Below the pieces are notes generated by a model. It was not told the origin of the DNA. It worked only from the letters and a program-made list of their open reading frames with translations, and did no database searches. Shown piece by piece: positions 1 through 8,269 of a DNA stretch of 64,000 bases. The DNA is taken from assembly GCA_964615375.1 (NCBI GenBank), contig CAZTOW010000023.1, forward strand, positions 43,866 through 107,865, written 5' to 3'. The DNA is from an uncultured Enterobacterales bacterium. Its GTDB lineage: Bacteria > Myxococcota_A > UBA796 > CAZKWG01. How positions within the stretch are numbered: the stretch's first letter is position 1; the number at the start of each line of letters is the position of its first letter. The position numbers were made by a program, and so were the translations under genes.

Positions 1-426
1 AACGCGGGCGCGGCCTACCTCTTCTACGGTCCCATCACCACCGGGCCGGCGACCTCGGCCACCGTGCGCTTCCTGGGCGGATCCTCCGGCGACGCGCTGG
101 GCGTCAGCGGCGCGGCCAACGGCGACGCCGACGGCGACGGGAACCTGGACATCGTGCTGACCGCCACGGGCGCGGACGAGGGCGCCTCCGGCGCGGGCTC
201 GGCCTACCTCTTCCTGGGCCCGATCTCGGCGGGCGACATCAGCGCGACCGACGCCTACGCCACCATCTACGGTGACGACGTGGACGTCGGGCTGGGCACC
301 GCCGTGCAGTTCGGCGGCGCGCTGGGCGACGCGGTGGGGGATCGCATCTTCGTCTCGGCGCAGAGCGACGACCGGGCGGGCTCGGACGCGGGGGCGGTCT
401 TCGTGTTCGAGACGCTGGGGCTCTGA
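1..426 (+). CDS. FG-GAP (integrin-alpha-like) repeat protein, C-terminal part; the 5' end lies outside the window
   Basis: Frame 1 is open from nt 1 (NAGAAYLFYGP...). Repeated GDADGDGNLD, SGAGSAYLF and GAVFVF motifs are typical of FG-GAP propeller blades. Stop at 424-426. Confidence 0.75.
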   Translation, partial: NAGAAYLFYGPITTGPATSATVRFLGGSSGDALGVSGAANGDADGDGNLDIVLTATGADEGASGAGSAYLFLGPISAGDISATDAYATIYGDDVDVGLGTAVQFGGALGDAVGDRIFVSAQSDDRAGSDAGAVFVFETLGL

Positions 427-477
427 CCAGCTGGGCGCAGGGGGCTCCAGAACCCCGGCGACCACCGCGACGCGAGC

Positions 478-999
478 TCAGAACCCAGCGCCGAGGGAGA
501 GGTCCAGACGTGCGCCGGGCTCGGCGGGGTCCACGCTGAAGAGGGCGCCTCCGCGCAGGGTGAACAGGAGGAGCTGACCGCTGAGAGAGGGGCCGACGTA
601 GAGGCTCCCCAGGGGTAGGCTGTCGCCGTCTCTCCAGGGATGGAAGACGTTGATCGAGGCCTGCGCGCCGAACATCCCCGGCCCTCGAAAGACCCCCTCG
701 TAGCCGAGCGCGCCGCGGAGGCCGCCGAGTCCGGGCTCTCCCTCCAGGACGAAGCCGTTCCACATCGCCGCCCTGCAGGAGGTGCTGCCAGCGAGGCGCA
801 CCCGCAGCTTCAAGGCGAGGCTGAGGCGCTGGGGGACGCCGGCGTGGAGCTCGGCGCCGAAGCCGAGGATGGAACGGTACGGAGAGTCGCAGAGGATCCC
901 CAGGCAGTGGCCCATGTAGGCAGGTGGTGGCTCCTCCTCGGGGGTGGGCGCGGGCCCGTCCGCGAGGCTGGCGCCGAGGAGCAGGAGGGTCAGGAGCAT
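478..999 (-). CDS. Exported hypothetical protein, possible small outer-membrane beta-barrel
   Basis: ATG at 999 gives a signal-peptide-like MLLTLLLLGASLA. The body is Gly-rich with alternating hydrophobics, and the C-terminus ...LSLGAGF ends in Phe as in OMP barrels. No family recognised. Confidence 0.5.
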   Translation of the reverse strand: MLLTLLLLGASLADGPAPTPEEEPPPAYMGHCLGILCDSPYRSILGFGAELHAGVPQRLSLALKLRVRLAGSTSCRAAMWNGFVLEGEPGLGGLRGALGYEGVFRGPGMFGAQASINVFHPWRDGDSLPLGSLYVGPSLSGQLLLFTLRGGALFSVDPAEPGARLDLSLGAGF

Positions 1000-1084
1000 G
1001 GGGGCAGTGTAGGGGAGGGCGGGTTGGGTCGCCATTCCAAGAGGCCACCCAACAGCTTCTCCCACCCGGAGAAAGAAGGTCGAA

Positions 1085-1208
1085 CCGCCAAGGAGCCAAG
1101 GACGCCAAGGGTCCGAGAACCCACGTTCTGTCTGAGCGCGGCGCCGAGCCCTCTCCTCGCCCCAACCTCTCTCCGCGTTGCCCCTTGGCGCCCTTGGCCC
1201 CTTGGCGG
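1085..1208. repeat. Long inverted repeat: two 27-nt arms, each made of three CCAAGG-containing 9-mers, with a 70-nt spacer
   Basis: 1085-1111 CCGCCAAGGAGCCAAGGACGCCAAGGG is the reverse complement of 1182-1208 CCCTTGGCGCCCTTGGCCCCTTGGCGG, with 25/27 matches counted by hand. The right arm ends 1 nt from the stop codon of the minus-strand gene ending at 1210. Confidence 0.8.
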
Positions 1209-1209
1209 T

Positions 1210-3114
1210 TCACTCCCCCGCCCCCTCCGCCCCCTCCTTCTTCCCCCGCCGCTCCAGCACCACCCGCTCCACGAAGGCCTGCTCCTTCTTCGCCTTCAGC
1301 TTCAGGGTCAGCGCCGCGCGCTCCTTGCCCTCGCCGCCTTTGACCTCCAGGATCGTCGCCTTGCCCTCGGGCTCGCCCGTCACGGCGCCCTCCGCGATCA
1401 GCTTCACCCCGCCCGTGCCCTCCACCCGGACCTTGTAGCGCCCGGGCTTCAGCCGCACCCCCTCCAGCGTCCCGACCCCGCCCTCGGCCAGCGCGAGCCC
1501 GAAGCGCCCCTCCTCGTCCAGCGCCGCGACCGCCTCCTCCGACGAGCCGAACAGGTACCCGGGGATCGTGACGGTGCCGCCCTCCGTCTGTACACCCACC
1601 TTCGGGCTCTCCCGCCAGAACCAGATCTTGCCCACCGTCTCGACGGGATCGGTCCCGCGCACCATGACCCGCACATACTCCTTCTTGAAGCGAGGGTGCT
1701 TGGAGATCTGCCGGCCCGAGTCGAAGCAGATGTCCTTCTTGCCCACGATGTTGCAGAAGCTCATGAGATCGGGCTCCAGGCCCATCGTGTACTCGGCGTC
1801 GCCCAGCTCGTGGCCGATGAAGCCCTCGCCCAGGTTCTTGGGCGGGTGGGTGGCGAGGTAGCGGTCGTTGAGCCCGAGGATGTCGTGCGCGGGGAGCTTC
1901 GCCGCGTAGGGGAGCGCGCCCGCCGCCTGCGCCGCCAGGAGCGGCTGGGACTCGGAGAACGCCCGGCGGAGCACGTCGCCCAGGGAGAGCGCGTCGAACT
2001 CCCAGCGCTCGTCCAGGGCCCGGCGGTTCTCCTCCTGGCGGAGCTGCACGCCCAGCAGGATCGCCAGCAGCCCCGCGGAGAGCCCCAGGCCCAGGCGCAG
2101 GTCCCGACGGGCGAGCAGGACGGCGCCCTCTCCGGCCATCAGCGCGAGGCCCAGGATGGCGGGGAGCATCTGCCGCCAGCCGGGGAAGATGTCGCCGCCG
2201 ACGCCGATGATGTAGACGACCCAGGCCAGGGTGGCCGGGCCGATGACCAGCAGCCTCGCCCGCAGCGCGCGGTCTCCCCGCGCCCCCACCAGCGCCACCC
2301 CCGCCAGCGCCAGCAGCGGCAGGTGCCCCAGCGCCCAGGGCAGCGCGTACTCCAGGCCCGTGCGCACCCGCGCCGCCGTCCAGGCCACCTTGACGTGCGC
2401 CGTGTTGGGGACGTAGTCCCCATAGTAAAGTATTCTAAAGACCAGTTGACCAAGGACCGCCACCACCGAGGGCAGGGCCAGCCCCATCAGCGGCCGGAGG
2501 CGCTCGCGCGAGACCCCCTGCGCCAGCAGGGCCCCGATGCCCACCATGCCCACCAGCAGCGGGCTGTCCGGCCGCGTGAGGCAGGCGCCCGCCAGCAGGA
2601 GGCCGGGCGGCACCAGCGCGCGGGGCTCCACCCAGGGTTGATGAATGCTGCGTTGCAGCAGAACCACCGCCCACGCGAGCTGCGCCACCAGGAGAGGCTG
2701 CTCCAGCCCGCCGATGGCCCACACCGCCACCGGCCCCGACAGCGACAGCCCGAGCCCGGCCACCGCCGCCCCCAGCGGGGAGGGCTCCTCCCGGCTGCCG
2801 AAGGCCCAGCATGCCGCCGCCACCATCGCCCCGCAGCCCAGCACGCCCAGCAGGCGCGCGGCGCTCATCAGGTCCATCCCCAGGCCCAGGATCCCGGTCA
2901 GCAGCACCCACAGCAGGTTGGAGTAGCCCTCGGTCCGCTGGTCGTCCGACCAGGTCAGCCCGCTCCCGGCGATCCAGCGCTCCGAGTAGCGCAGCGAGAT
3001 GAAGGCGTCGTCGGAGATGAAGGGCCAGTAGTGGCTCAGGTGGGCCACCAGGACGGCGAGGGCGACGACGCCGATGAGGAGGGTGCGCTTCTGGGGCTCG
3101 CTCATGGGGGACAC
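1210..3114 (-). CDS. Polytopic membrane protein, GT-C-fold (ArnT/PMT/arabinosyltransferase-like) glycosyltransferase candidate with a soluble C-terminal domain
   Basis: 634-aa ORF with coding-like composition. The N-terminal motif WPFISDDAFISLRYSERW is followed by about 10 hydrophobic helices, the layout seen in GT-C membrane glycosyltransferases. The C-terminal ~200 aa are hydrophilic. Confidence 0.65.
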   Translation of the reverse strand: MSPMSEPQKRTLLIGVVALAVLVAHLSHYWPFISDDAFISLRYSERWIAGSGLTWSDDQRTEGYSNLLWVLLTGILGLGMDLMSAARLLGVLGCGAMVAAACWAFGSREEPSPLGAAVAGLGLSLSGPVAVWAIGGLEQPLLVAQLAWAVVLLQRSIHQPWVEPRALVPPGLLLAGACLTRPDSPLLVGMVGIGALLAQGVSRERLRPLMGLALPSVVAVLGQLVFRILYYGDYVPNTAHVKVAWTAARVRTGLEYALPWALGHLPLLALAGVALVGARGDRALRARLLVIGPATLAWVVYIIGVGGDIFPGWRQMLPAILGLALMAGEGAVLLARRDLRLGLGLSAGLLAILLGVQLRQEENRRALDERWEFDALSLGDVLRRAFSESQPLLAAQAAGALPYAAKLPAHDILGLNDRYLATHPPKNLGEGFIGHELGDAEYTMGLEPDLMSFCNIVGKKDICFDSGRQISKHPRFKKEYVRVMVRGTDPVETVGKIWFWRESPKVGVQTEGGTVTIPGYLFGSSEEAVAALDEEGRFGLALAEGGVGTLEGVRLKPGRYKVRVEGTGGVKLIAEGAVTGEPEGKATILEVKGGEGKERAALTLKLKAKKEQAFVERVVLERRGKKEGAEGAGE

Positions 3115-3210
3115 AGGTAACGCCGATCTCGTCGGCGCGGGCGCGCGCTGAGGTCAAGATGCTGGCGATTCCACGCGCTATAGTGCTCCTGTCCCCCATC
3201 GGAGCTCACC

Positions 3211-4404
3211 ATGCGCACCCTCCCCGTCCTCCTGCTCACCCTCGGCTGCACCGGCGTCGGCGCCGACAAGGACAAGGACGCCCAGATTGACGACAGCGGC
3301 GAGACCGGCACCCCCAGCGGCGAGGGCGAAGGGGAGGGCGAGGGCGAGGGCGAGGGCGAGACCGGGCTGGACACCTGGTGGGGCGAGGACGGCACCATCG
3401 AGGGCTACCGCCTCTGGGGCGAGGCCACCTGGACGCTCGCCTTCGACGAGGAGGGCGAGGCGAACGGCTACACCGACTGCACCTACAGCCGCTCCTACGA
3501 GGGCGTGCAGACCCTGGACCTGGACTACCTCTGCCCGGAGTGCGAGCTCATCACGCGCGGCGTCTCTACCATGACCGACGGGTCCGACTGCTACGCCTCG
3601 GTCTTCGGGGAGGAGGACACCGGGGACCGCGTGGAGATGTGGGGCGTGGACGAGGCGGGCGGCTTCTACCGCAGCGGGCGCGACCAGGGGGCGATGGGCC
3701 TGCTGACCGAGATCACGGCGGCGGAGGGCGAGGACATCGCGATCACCTGGGAGAGCGACTACACGCTGACCGTGGGCGGGGCGATGACGCTGACCGCGAA
3801 CGGGACCATGCGCTACGAGAAGGACCCCGAGGTCCTGCTCACCGACCCCTGGGCCCCCCGCACCGAGCCCTACGCCTGCGGCTGGCCGCAGAACGACCCG
3901 GGCACGCTCACGCTGGACTACACGCTGACCGAGGGCGGCACCTTCCCCAACGTGCGCCTGGAGGACCAGTGCGGGGATCAGCTCGCGTTGTGGGATCTGT
4001 ACGGTTCTTACCTGATCATCGACAGCTCCCAGCCCGACTGCGGCCCCTGCCGGAGCATGGCCAGCGAGGCGGAGGCGTTCACGGCCCAGATGGAGGAGGA
4101 GGGCATCCCCGTCTACGTGGTCTCGCTCCTGGGCAACGGGCTGGCTGACCCCACCAGCACGCCCGACGCCGACACCTTCGACGCCTGGGTGAGCAGCTAC
4201 GGCCTCACCGACCCCGTGCTCTACGACCGCGGCTTCGGCTACGCGCTCTTCCCGGAATTCTCCGAGGCGTTCACGGGTGAGGACTTCGGCTACCCGGTCT
4301 GGCTGGTGGTGGACCCGGAGATGAAGCTGATCTACGCCAACATCGGGTTCTCCAGCTGGGATCCGGTGGCCGAGCTCCTGCGCGAGGACTGGGAGTCGAG
4401 GTAG
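3211..4404 (+). CDS. Lipoprotein with a (Gly-Glu)n linker and a C-terminal thioredoxin-fold (TlpA/redoxin-like) domain
   Basis: Lipobox MRTLPVLLLTLGC. GEGEGEGEGEGEGE low-complexity tract. CGPC thioredoxin active-site motif in ...IIDSSQPDCGPCRSMA.... Confidence 0.8.
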   Translation: MRTLPVLLLTLGCTGVGADKDKDAQIDDSGETGTPSGEGEGEGEGEGEGETGLDTWWGEDGTIEGYRLWGEATWTLAFDEEGEANGYTDCTYSRSYEGVQTLDLDYLCPECELITRGVSTMTDGSDCYASVFGEEDTGDRVEMWGVDEAGGFYRSGRDQGAMGLLTEITAAEGEDIAITWESDYTLTVGGAMTLTANGTMRYEKDPEVLLTDPWAPRTEPYACGWPQNDPGTLTLDYTLTEGGTFPNVRLEDQCGDQLALWDLYGSYLIIDSSQPDCGPCRSMASEAEAFTAQMEEEGIPVYVVSLLGNGLADPTSTPDADTFDAWVSSYGLTDPVLYDRGFGYALFPEFSEAFTGEDFGYPVWLVVDPEMKLIYANIGFSSWDPVAELLREDWESR

Positions 4405-4448
4405 CGCGCGCGCTCTTTCGCGTTACCCAGGGGGGTCGCGGAGGCAGC

Positions 4449-5930
4449 ATGTCGGACACCTGGAGCGCGTTCAAGGAGCGGGTCGGCGATCTGGAGGCCC
4501 TCGCGGCGGCGATGGGCGTGCTGGAGTGGGACCAGCAGGTGATGATGCCGGCGGCGGGGGCCGAGCTTCGCGGCTCGAGCATGGCCCTGCTCTCGCGGGT
4601 CTACCACGAGCGCACGGTGGACCCCGCCCTGGGCGAGCTGGTCGCGACCCTGGAGCAGGACGCGGACCCGGTGCGCCAGGCCGCGGCCCGGGTGGTGGGG
4701 CGGCGGCACAGGAGGGCGACGCGCGTGCCGGGGGCGCTGGTGGGCGCCTTCGCCGAGGCGGGCAGCGCGGGCTTCGCCGCGTGGATGCGCGCGCGGGAGG
4801 AGCGGTCCTGGGCCAGCTTCGCCCCGGCCCTGAGCCGGCTGGTGACGCTCTCGCGCGAGATCTCGAGCTGCCACGGCCCGGCGGATCACCCCTACGATCA
4901 CCTGCTGGCCGAGTACGACCCGGGCTCGACCACGGCGGAGGTCAGCGCGATGTTCGGCCGGCTCGCGGGCGAGCTCAGCGGCTTCGTGCGCGCGCTCGAC
5001 GGGCGCCCCCACCCCGACGAGGTCCAGGTCCCCTGCACCGAGCAGGACACGCTGGACATCAGCCGGCAGGTGGCGGCGGCCCTGGGCTACCGCTTCGACC
5101 AGGGGCGGCTGGACGTCTCGCAGCACCCCTTCACCGTCGGCATCGGCCCGGGCGACGTGCGCATCACCACGCACCCCTACGCCAATGACCTCGCCGGCAC
5201 GCTGTGGGGCACCATCCACGAGACGGGGCACGCGCTCTACGAGCAGGGGCTCCCCGTCGAGCTGCGCGGGACCGGGCTCCGCGAGGCGGCCAGCACCGGC
5301 ATGCACGAGAGCCAGAGCCGCTTCTGGGAGAACTTCATCGGGCGCTCGCACGCCTTCGCCATCTGGCTCGCCCCGCTGCTGAACGAGCGCTTCCCCGGCC
5401 TGAACCTCAGCGCGGACGCGCTCTTCCGAGCCTCGAACCGGGTGAGGCCCTCCTTCATCCGCGTGCATGCGGATGAGGCGACCTACAACCTGCACATCCT
5501 CATCCGCTTCGAGCTGGAGCGCGATCTGGTCGCCGGTTTGATCGAGGTGGACGAGCTGCCCGATCGCTGGGACGCGGCCTACGAGCGCCTGCTGGGCATC
5601 CGGCCGCCGGACCTGCTCCAGGGCGTGCTGCAGGACGTCCACTGGTCCAGCGGGCTCTTCGGCTACTTCCCCAGCTACACCATGGGGAACCTCTACGCTG
5701 CCAGCCTCTCGCAGGCCCTCCGCCAGGCCATCCCCGACCTCTGGGAGCGGGTGGGCGGCGGCGACTTCGCGCCCGTGCTCGCCTGGCTGCGCGAGAAGAT
5801 CCACGCCCGCGGCAAGATCCTGGACGCCCCGGAGCTGCTCCGCGAGGCGGCGGGCGAACGCGACCCGGTGGCCGACTTCATGGCCAACCTCTACGAGCGC
5901 CAGGGGCGGGTCTACGGGATCGCGGGCTGA
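4449..5930 (+). CDS. Carboxypeptidase Taq-type metallopeptidase (family M32)
   Basis: 493 aa. HETGHALYEQG (HExxH), the HPF motif in DVSQHPFTVG, IRVHADEATYNLHI and the conserved C-terminal region are typical of M32. Confidence 0.9.
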   Translation: MSDTWSAFKERVGDLEALAAAMGVLEWDQQVMMPAAGAELRGSSMALLSRVYHERTVDPALGELVATLEQDADPVRQAAARVVGRRHRRATRVPGALVGAFAEAGSAGFAAWMRAREERSWASFAPALSRLVTLSREISSCHGPADHPYDHLLAEYDPGSTTAEVSAMFGRLAGELSGFVRALDGRPHPDEVQVPCTEQDTLDISRQVAAALGYRFDQGRLDVSQHPFTVGIGPGDVRITTHPYANDLAGTLWGTIHETGHALYEQGLPVELRGTGLREAASTGMHESQSRFWENFIGRSHAFAIWLAPLLNERFPGLNLSADALFRASNRVRPSFIRVHADEATYNLHILIRFELERDLVAGLIEVDELPDRWDAAYERLLGIRPPDLLQGVLQDVHWSSGLFGYFPSYTMGNLYAASLSQALRQAIPDLWERVGGGDFAPVLAWLREKIHARGKILDAPELLREAAGERDPVADFMANLYERQGRVYGIAG

Positions 5931-5971
5931 GGAGCGTTGTGCGGGTGCGCTGACACGTTAGTCAGGCTCCT

Positions 5972-7828
5972 ATGACGATTCTTCTGCTCTACATACCGAT
6001 CTCCTGTTCGGGTTCTGACAAGGGCCCGGGGGAGAGCTCGCCGGTGGGCGACACCGGCGCCATGGGCGAGGCCGACCTGGTCTTCGACGCGGGCGCGACC
6101 GGGCAGGCGGTGCTGGGCTTCGGCGCGCAGGTCTGGCCGGGAGACACCGCCTGGGAGGCGCCGCTGGCCGCGCTCGGGGCGCGCTTCGCGCGGATGGCGT
6201 TGAACCCGGGCTTCGGCTCGCTGGAGAGCGCGCCGCCCGAGGGCGCGAGCGCGGCTGAGATGGACGCCTGGGTCAGCGAGCACCTGGAGGACGCCTACCC
6301 CACCCTGCTCTCGACCTACCAGGAGACGTGGTTCACCCTCGAGGAGCAGAACATAACGACCGTTATGCACCTCTGGGAGGCGCCGCCCGCCTGGGAGTCG
6401 GACGGCGTGCTGGACAGCGCGCGGGTGGACGACTTCGCCCAGCTGTGGGCCAGCGTGCTGGTGGCGCTGGACGCCGAGGGGGTGCGCCCGCGCTGGGTCG
6501 AGCTGGTCAACGAGCCGGACGGGACCTGGAACACCTGCATCTGGCCCGACGACTACCGCGCCCTGGTCATCGCCACGCGGGCCGCGCTGGACGCCCGCGG
6601 GCTCGAGGACGTGGGCATCCTGGGGCCGGGGCGGGCCGTCATCGCCGGCTGGACGGGCACGCCCGAGGCGGACGACTGGGTGGCGGCCCTCGGCGAGGAG
6701 GGGGCCGCGGCGCTGGACGGCTTCTCCACCCACACCTGGGACGACTACGCGGAGGACGGGGAGGGGCTGGACTTCGTCGAGGCCCGCTGGCAGGCCTGGC
6801 GGGAGACGATGGACGCCGTGGACCCGGACAAGCCCGTCTTCGTCACCGAGCTGGGCAGCAAGGACATGGTCTTTGACGGCATCCCCTACCTGCTGGCCGA
6901 CACCGGGACCTGCGGGAACGCCGCGGCCACCGACGGCTACGCCCTGCGCGTGCTGGGCCACGCGCTCATCGCGGCGCGGCACGGGGTGGTGGCCCTCTCC
7001 TCCTGGCAGGCGGCGGATCAGAGCTGGGAGTGCAGCCGCTGGGGCCTGGTCGATCAGGAGGGGCAGCCGCGCCGCGCCCACGAGGCGCTCACGCTCCTGT
7101 GGTCCCGCGCGCCCGAGGACGCGGTCACGCTGGCGCCCGCGGGGGACGACGGCGGGATGGTCGCCCTCGGGCTGCTGGGGGCTGACCGGCTGGTTGTGGC
7201 CCTGGTCAACGACACCGGGGAGGCGATCACCCGGAGCCTGGGCTTCCCTGGTCTCGAGCTCGGCGCGCTCTCCGAGGTCGCGACCTTCGGGGTGGACGAG
7301 CGCCTGCTGGTGGACGAGCTCAACGACCTGAGCGCGCTCGAGGACGCGAGCGCGAGCCTCGGGATCGACAGCACGAACGTGAGCTATTTCGATGGGGACC
7401 CCGCGCGGCTCTACCGCACGGCGCGGGAGGACGCCAGCGCCGTCTGGAGTGTGCCCGGCGCGCTCACCGAGGCCACCCTGGTCGCCTGGCGCTGGCCCCA
7501 CGAGGACGCCCCCGACTACCGCCTGGAGGCGTCGGCGGACGGCGTGTCCTGGGAGGAGCTGAGCTTCTCCCTCAGCGAGGCGGAGGAGGATCCCAGCCTG
7601 TGGATCCGCGTGGAGCTGCGCCCGGAGACCCTCCCGGAGGGCAGCGCGCGCCTGCGGCTCACCCTGCTGGAGCACGGGGGGAACATCTGGAACCCGCAGA
7701 TCGGGGACGTCTGGCTGCGGTACGCGCCCGCGGCCACGGCCTCGCTGCCCGCGCCCGGCCCGGTGACCGGCCCGCAGGAGCTCACCCTCCCGTCGGGGGC
7801 CGCCGTGGTCCTGGTCTACGACCGGTAG
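5972..7828 (+). CDS. Secreted or lipoprotein glycoside hydrolase (clan GH-A, GH5/GH30-like) with a C-terminal beta-sandwich (CBM/discoidin-like) domain
   Basis: N-terminal MTILLLYIPISCSGS. WVELVNEPDG (acid/base NEP motif) and VFVTELGS (nucleophile Glu) have the spacing typical of clan GH-A (beta/alpha)8 hydrolases. Family assignment is tentative. Confidence 0.65.
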   Translation: MTILLLYIPISCSGSDKGPGESSPVGDTGAMGEADLVFDAGATGQAVLGFGAQVWPGDTAWEAPLAALGARFARMALNPGFGSLESAPPEGASAAEMDAWVSEHLEDAYPTLLSTYQETWFTLEEQNITTVMHLWEAPPAWESDGVLDSARVDDFAQLWASVLVALDAEGVRPRWVELVNEPDGTWNTCIWPDDYRALVIATRAALDARGLEDVGILGPGRAVIAGWTGTPEADDWVAALGEEGAAALDGFSTHTWDDYAEDGEGLDFVEARWQAWRETMDAVDPDKPVFVTELGSKDMVFDGIPYLLADTGTCGNAAATDGYALRVLGHALIAARHGVVALSSWQAADQSWECSRWGLVDQEGQPRRAHEALTLLWSRAPEDAVTLAPAGDDGGMVALGLLGADRLVVALVNDTGEAITRSLGFPGLELGALSEVATFGVDERLLVDELNDLSALEDASASLGIDSTNVSYFDGDPARLYRTAREDASAVWSVPGALTEATLVAWRWPHEDAPDYRLEASADGVSWEELSFSLSEAEEDPSLWIRVELRPETLPEGSARLRLTLLEHGGNIWNPQIGDVWLRYAPAATASLPAPGPVTGPQELTLPSGAAVVLVYDR

Positions 7829-7840
7829 GCGCGGCCGCGA

Positions 7841-8215
7841 TCAGCTCTCGTGCCCGATGGCGTGCGCCATCAGCGCGTCCAGGGGCACGATGTTCAGCGC
7901 GGACTGGTGCGTGCTCTCCAGCACCACCGGGCAGGCCTTGCCGGCGTGGAAGGCGTCGAACCAGCTGTAGGCCACCACGCACCACTGGTCGCCGGGGACC
8001 AGCCCGGGGAAGCCGTGCTCCGGCGCGGGCGTGATGAGATCGTTGCCGCGGGAGCGGAGGTGCTCCAGGAATTCAGCCGTCATCTGCGCGCAGATCGTGT
8101 GCGAGCCGCGGTCGCTGCTGTCGGTGTTGCAGCACCCGTCCCGGTACCAGCCGGTCTTCGGCTTGTGGGAGCAGGGGGCGAGGGGCTGGCCGAGCACGTT
8201 GAGCGAGCGGTACAT
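7841..8215 (-). CDS. DUF2237 family protein
   Basis: Start taken at ATG 8215 (MYRSLNVLGQPL...). The signature KTGWYRDGCCNTDSSDRGSHTICAQMTAEFLEHLRSRGNDL matches the conserved Cys-rich DUF2237 core. Confidence 0.8.
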   Translation of the reverse strand: MYRSLNVLGQPLAPCSHKPKTGWYRDGCCNTDSSDRGSHTICAQMTAEFLEHLRSRGNDLITPAPEHGFPGLVPGDQWCVVAYSWFDAFHAGKACPVVLESTHQSALNIVPLDALMAHAIGHES

Positions 8216-8269
8216 GCGTGGTCTCCGAGGTCGGTGTCTATCCGCCTCGGGGGGCCCGGTCACGCGCGC

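Noticed and set aside
640-3120. 826-aa plus-strand ORF, together with 239-1213 and 2435-3199 on the minus strand
   Set aside because: It is antisense or off-frame to the membrane glycosyltransferase-like gene. The translation is dominated by Arg/Pro/Gly/Ala/His runs with no motifs, which is the typical high-GC shadow ORF.
3102-3398. 98-aa minus-strand ORF with an SPSPSPSPSPSP tract
   Set aside because: It is simply the reverse-complement reading of the (GGCGAG)n repeat that encodes (GE)n in the well-supported lipoprotein gene on the plus strand.
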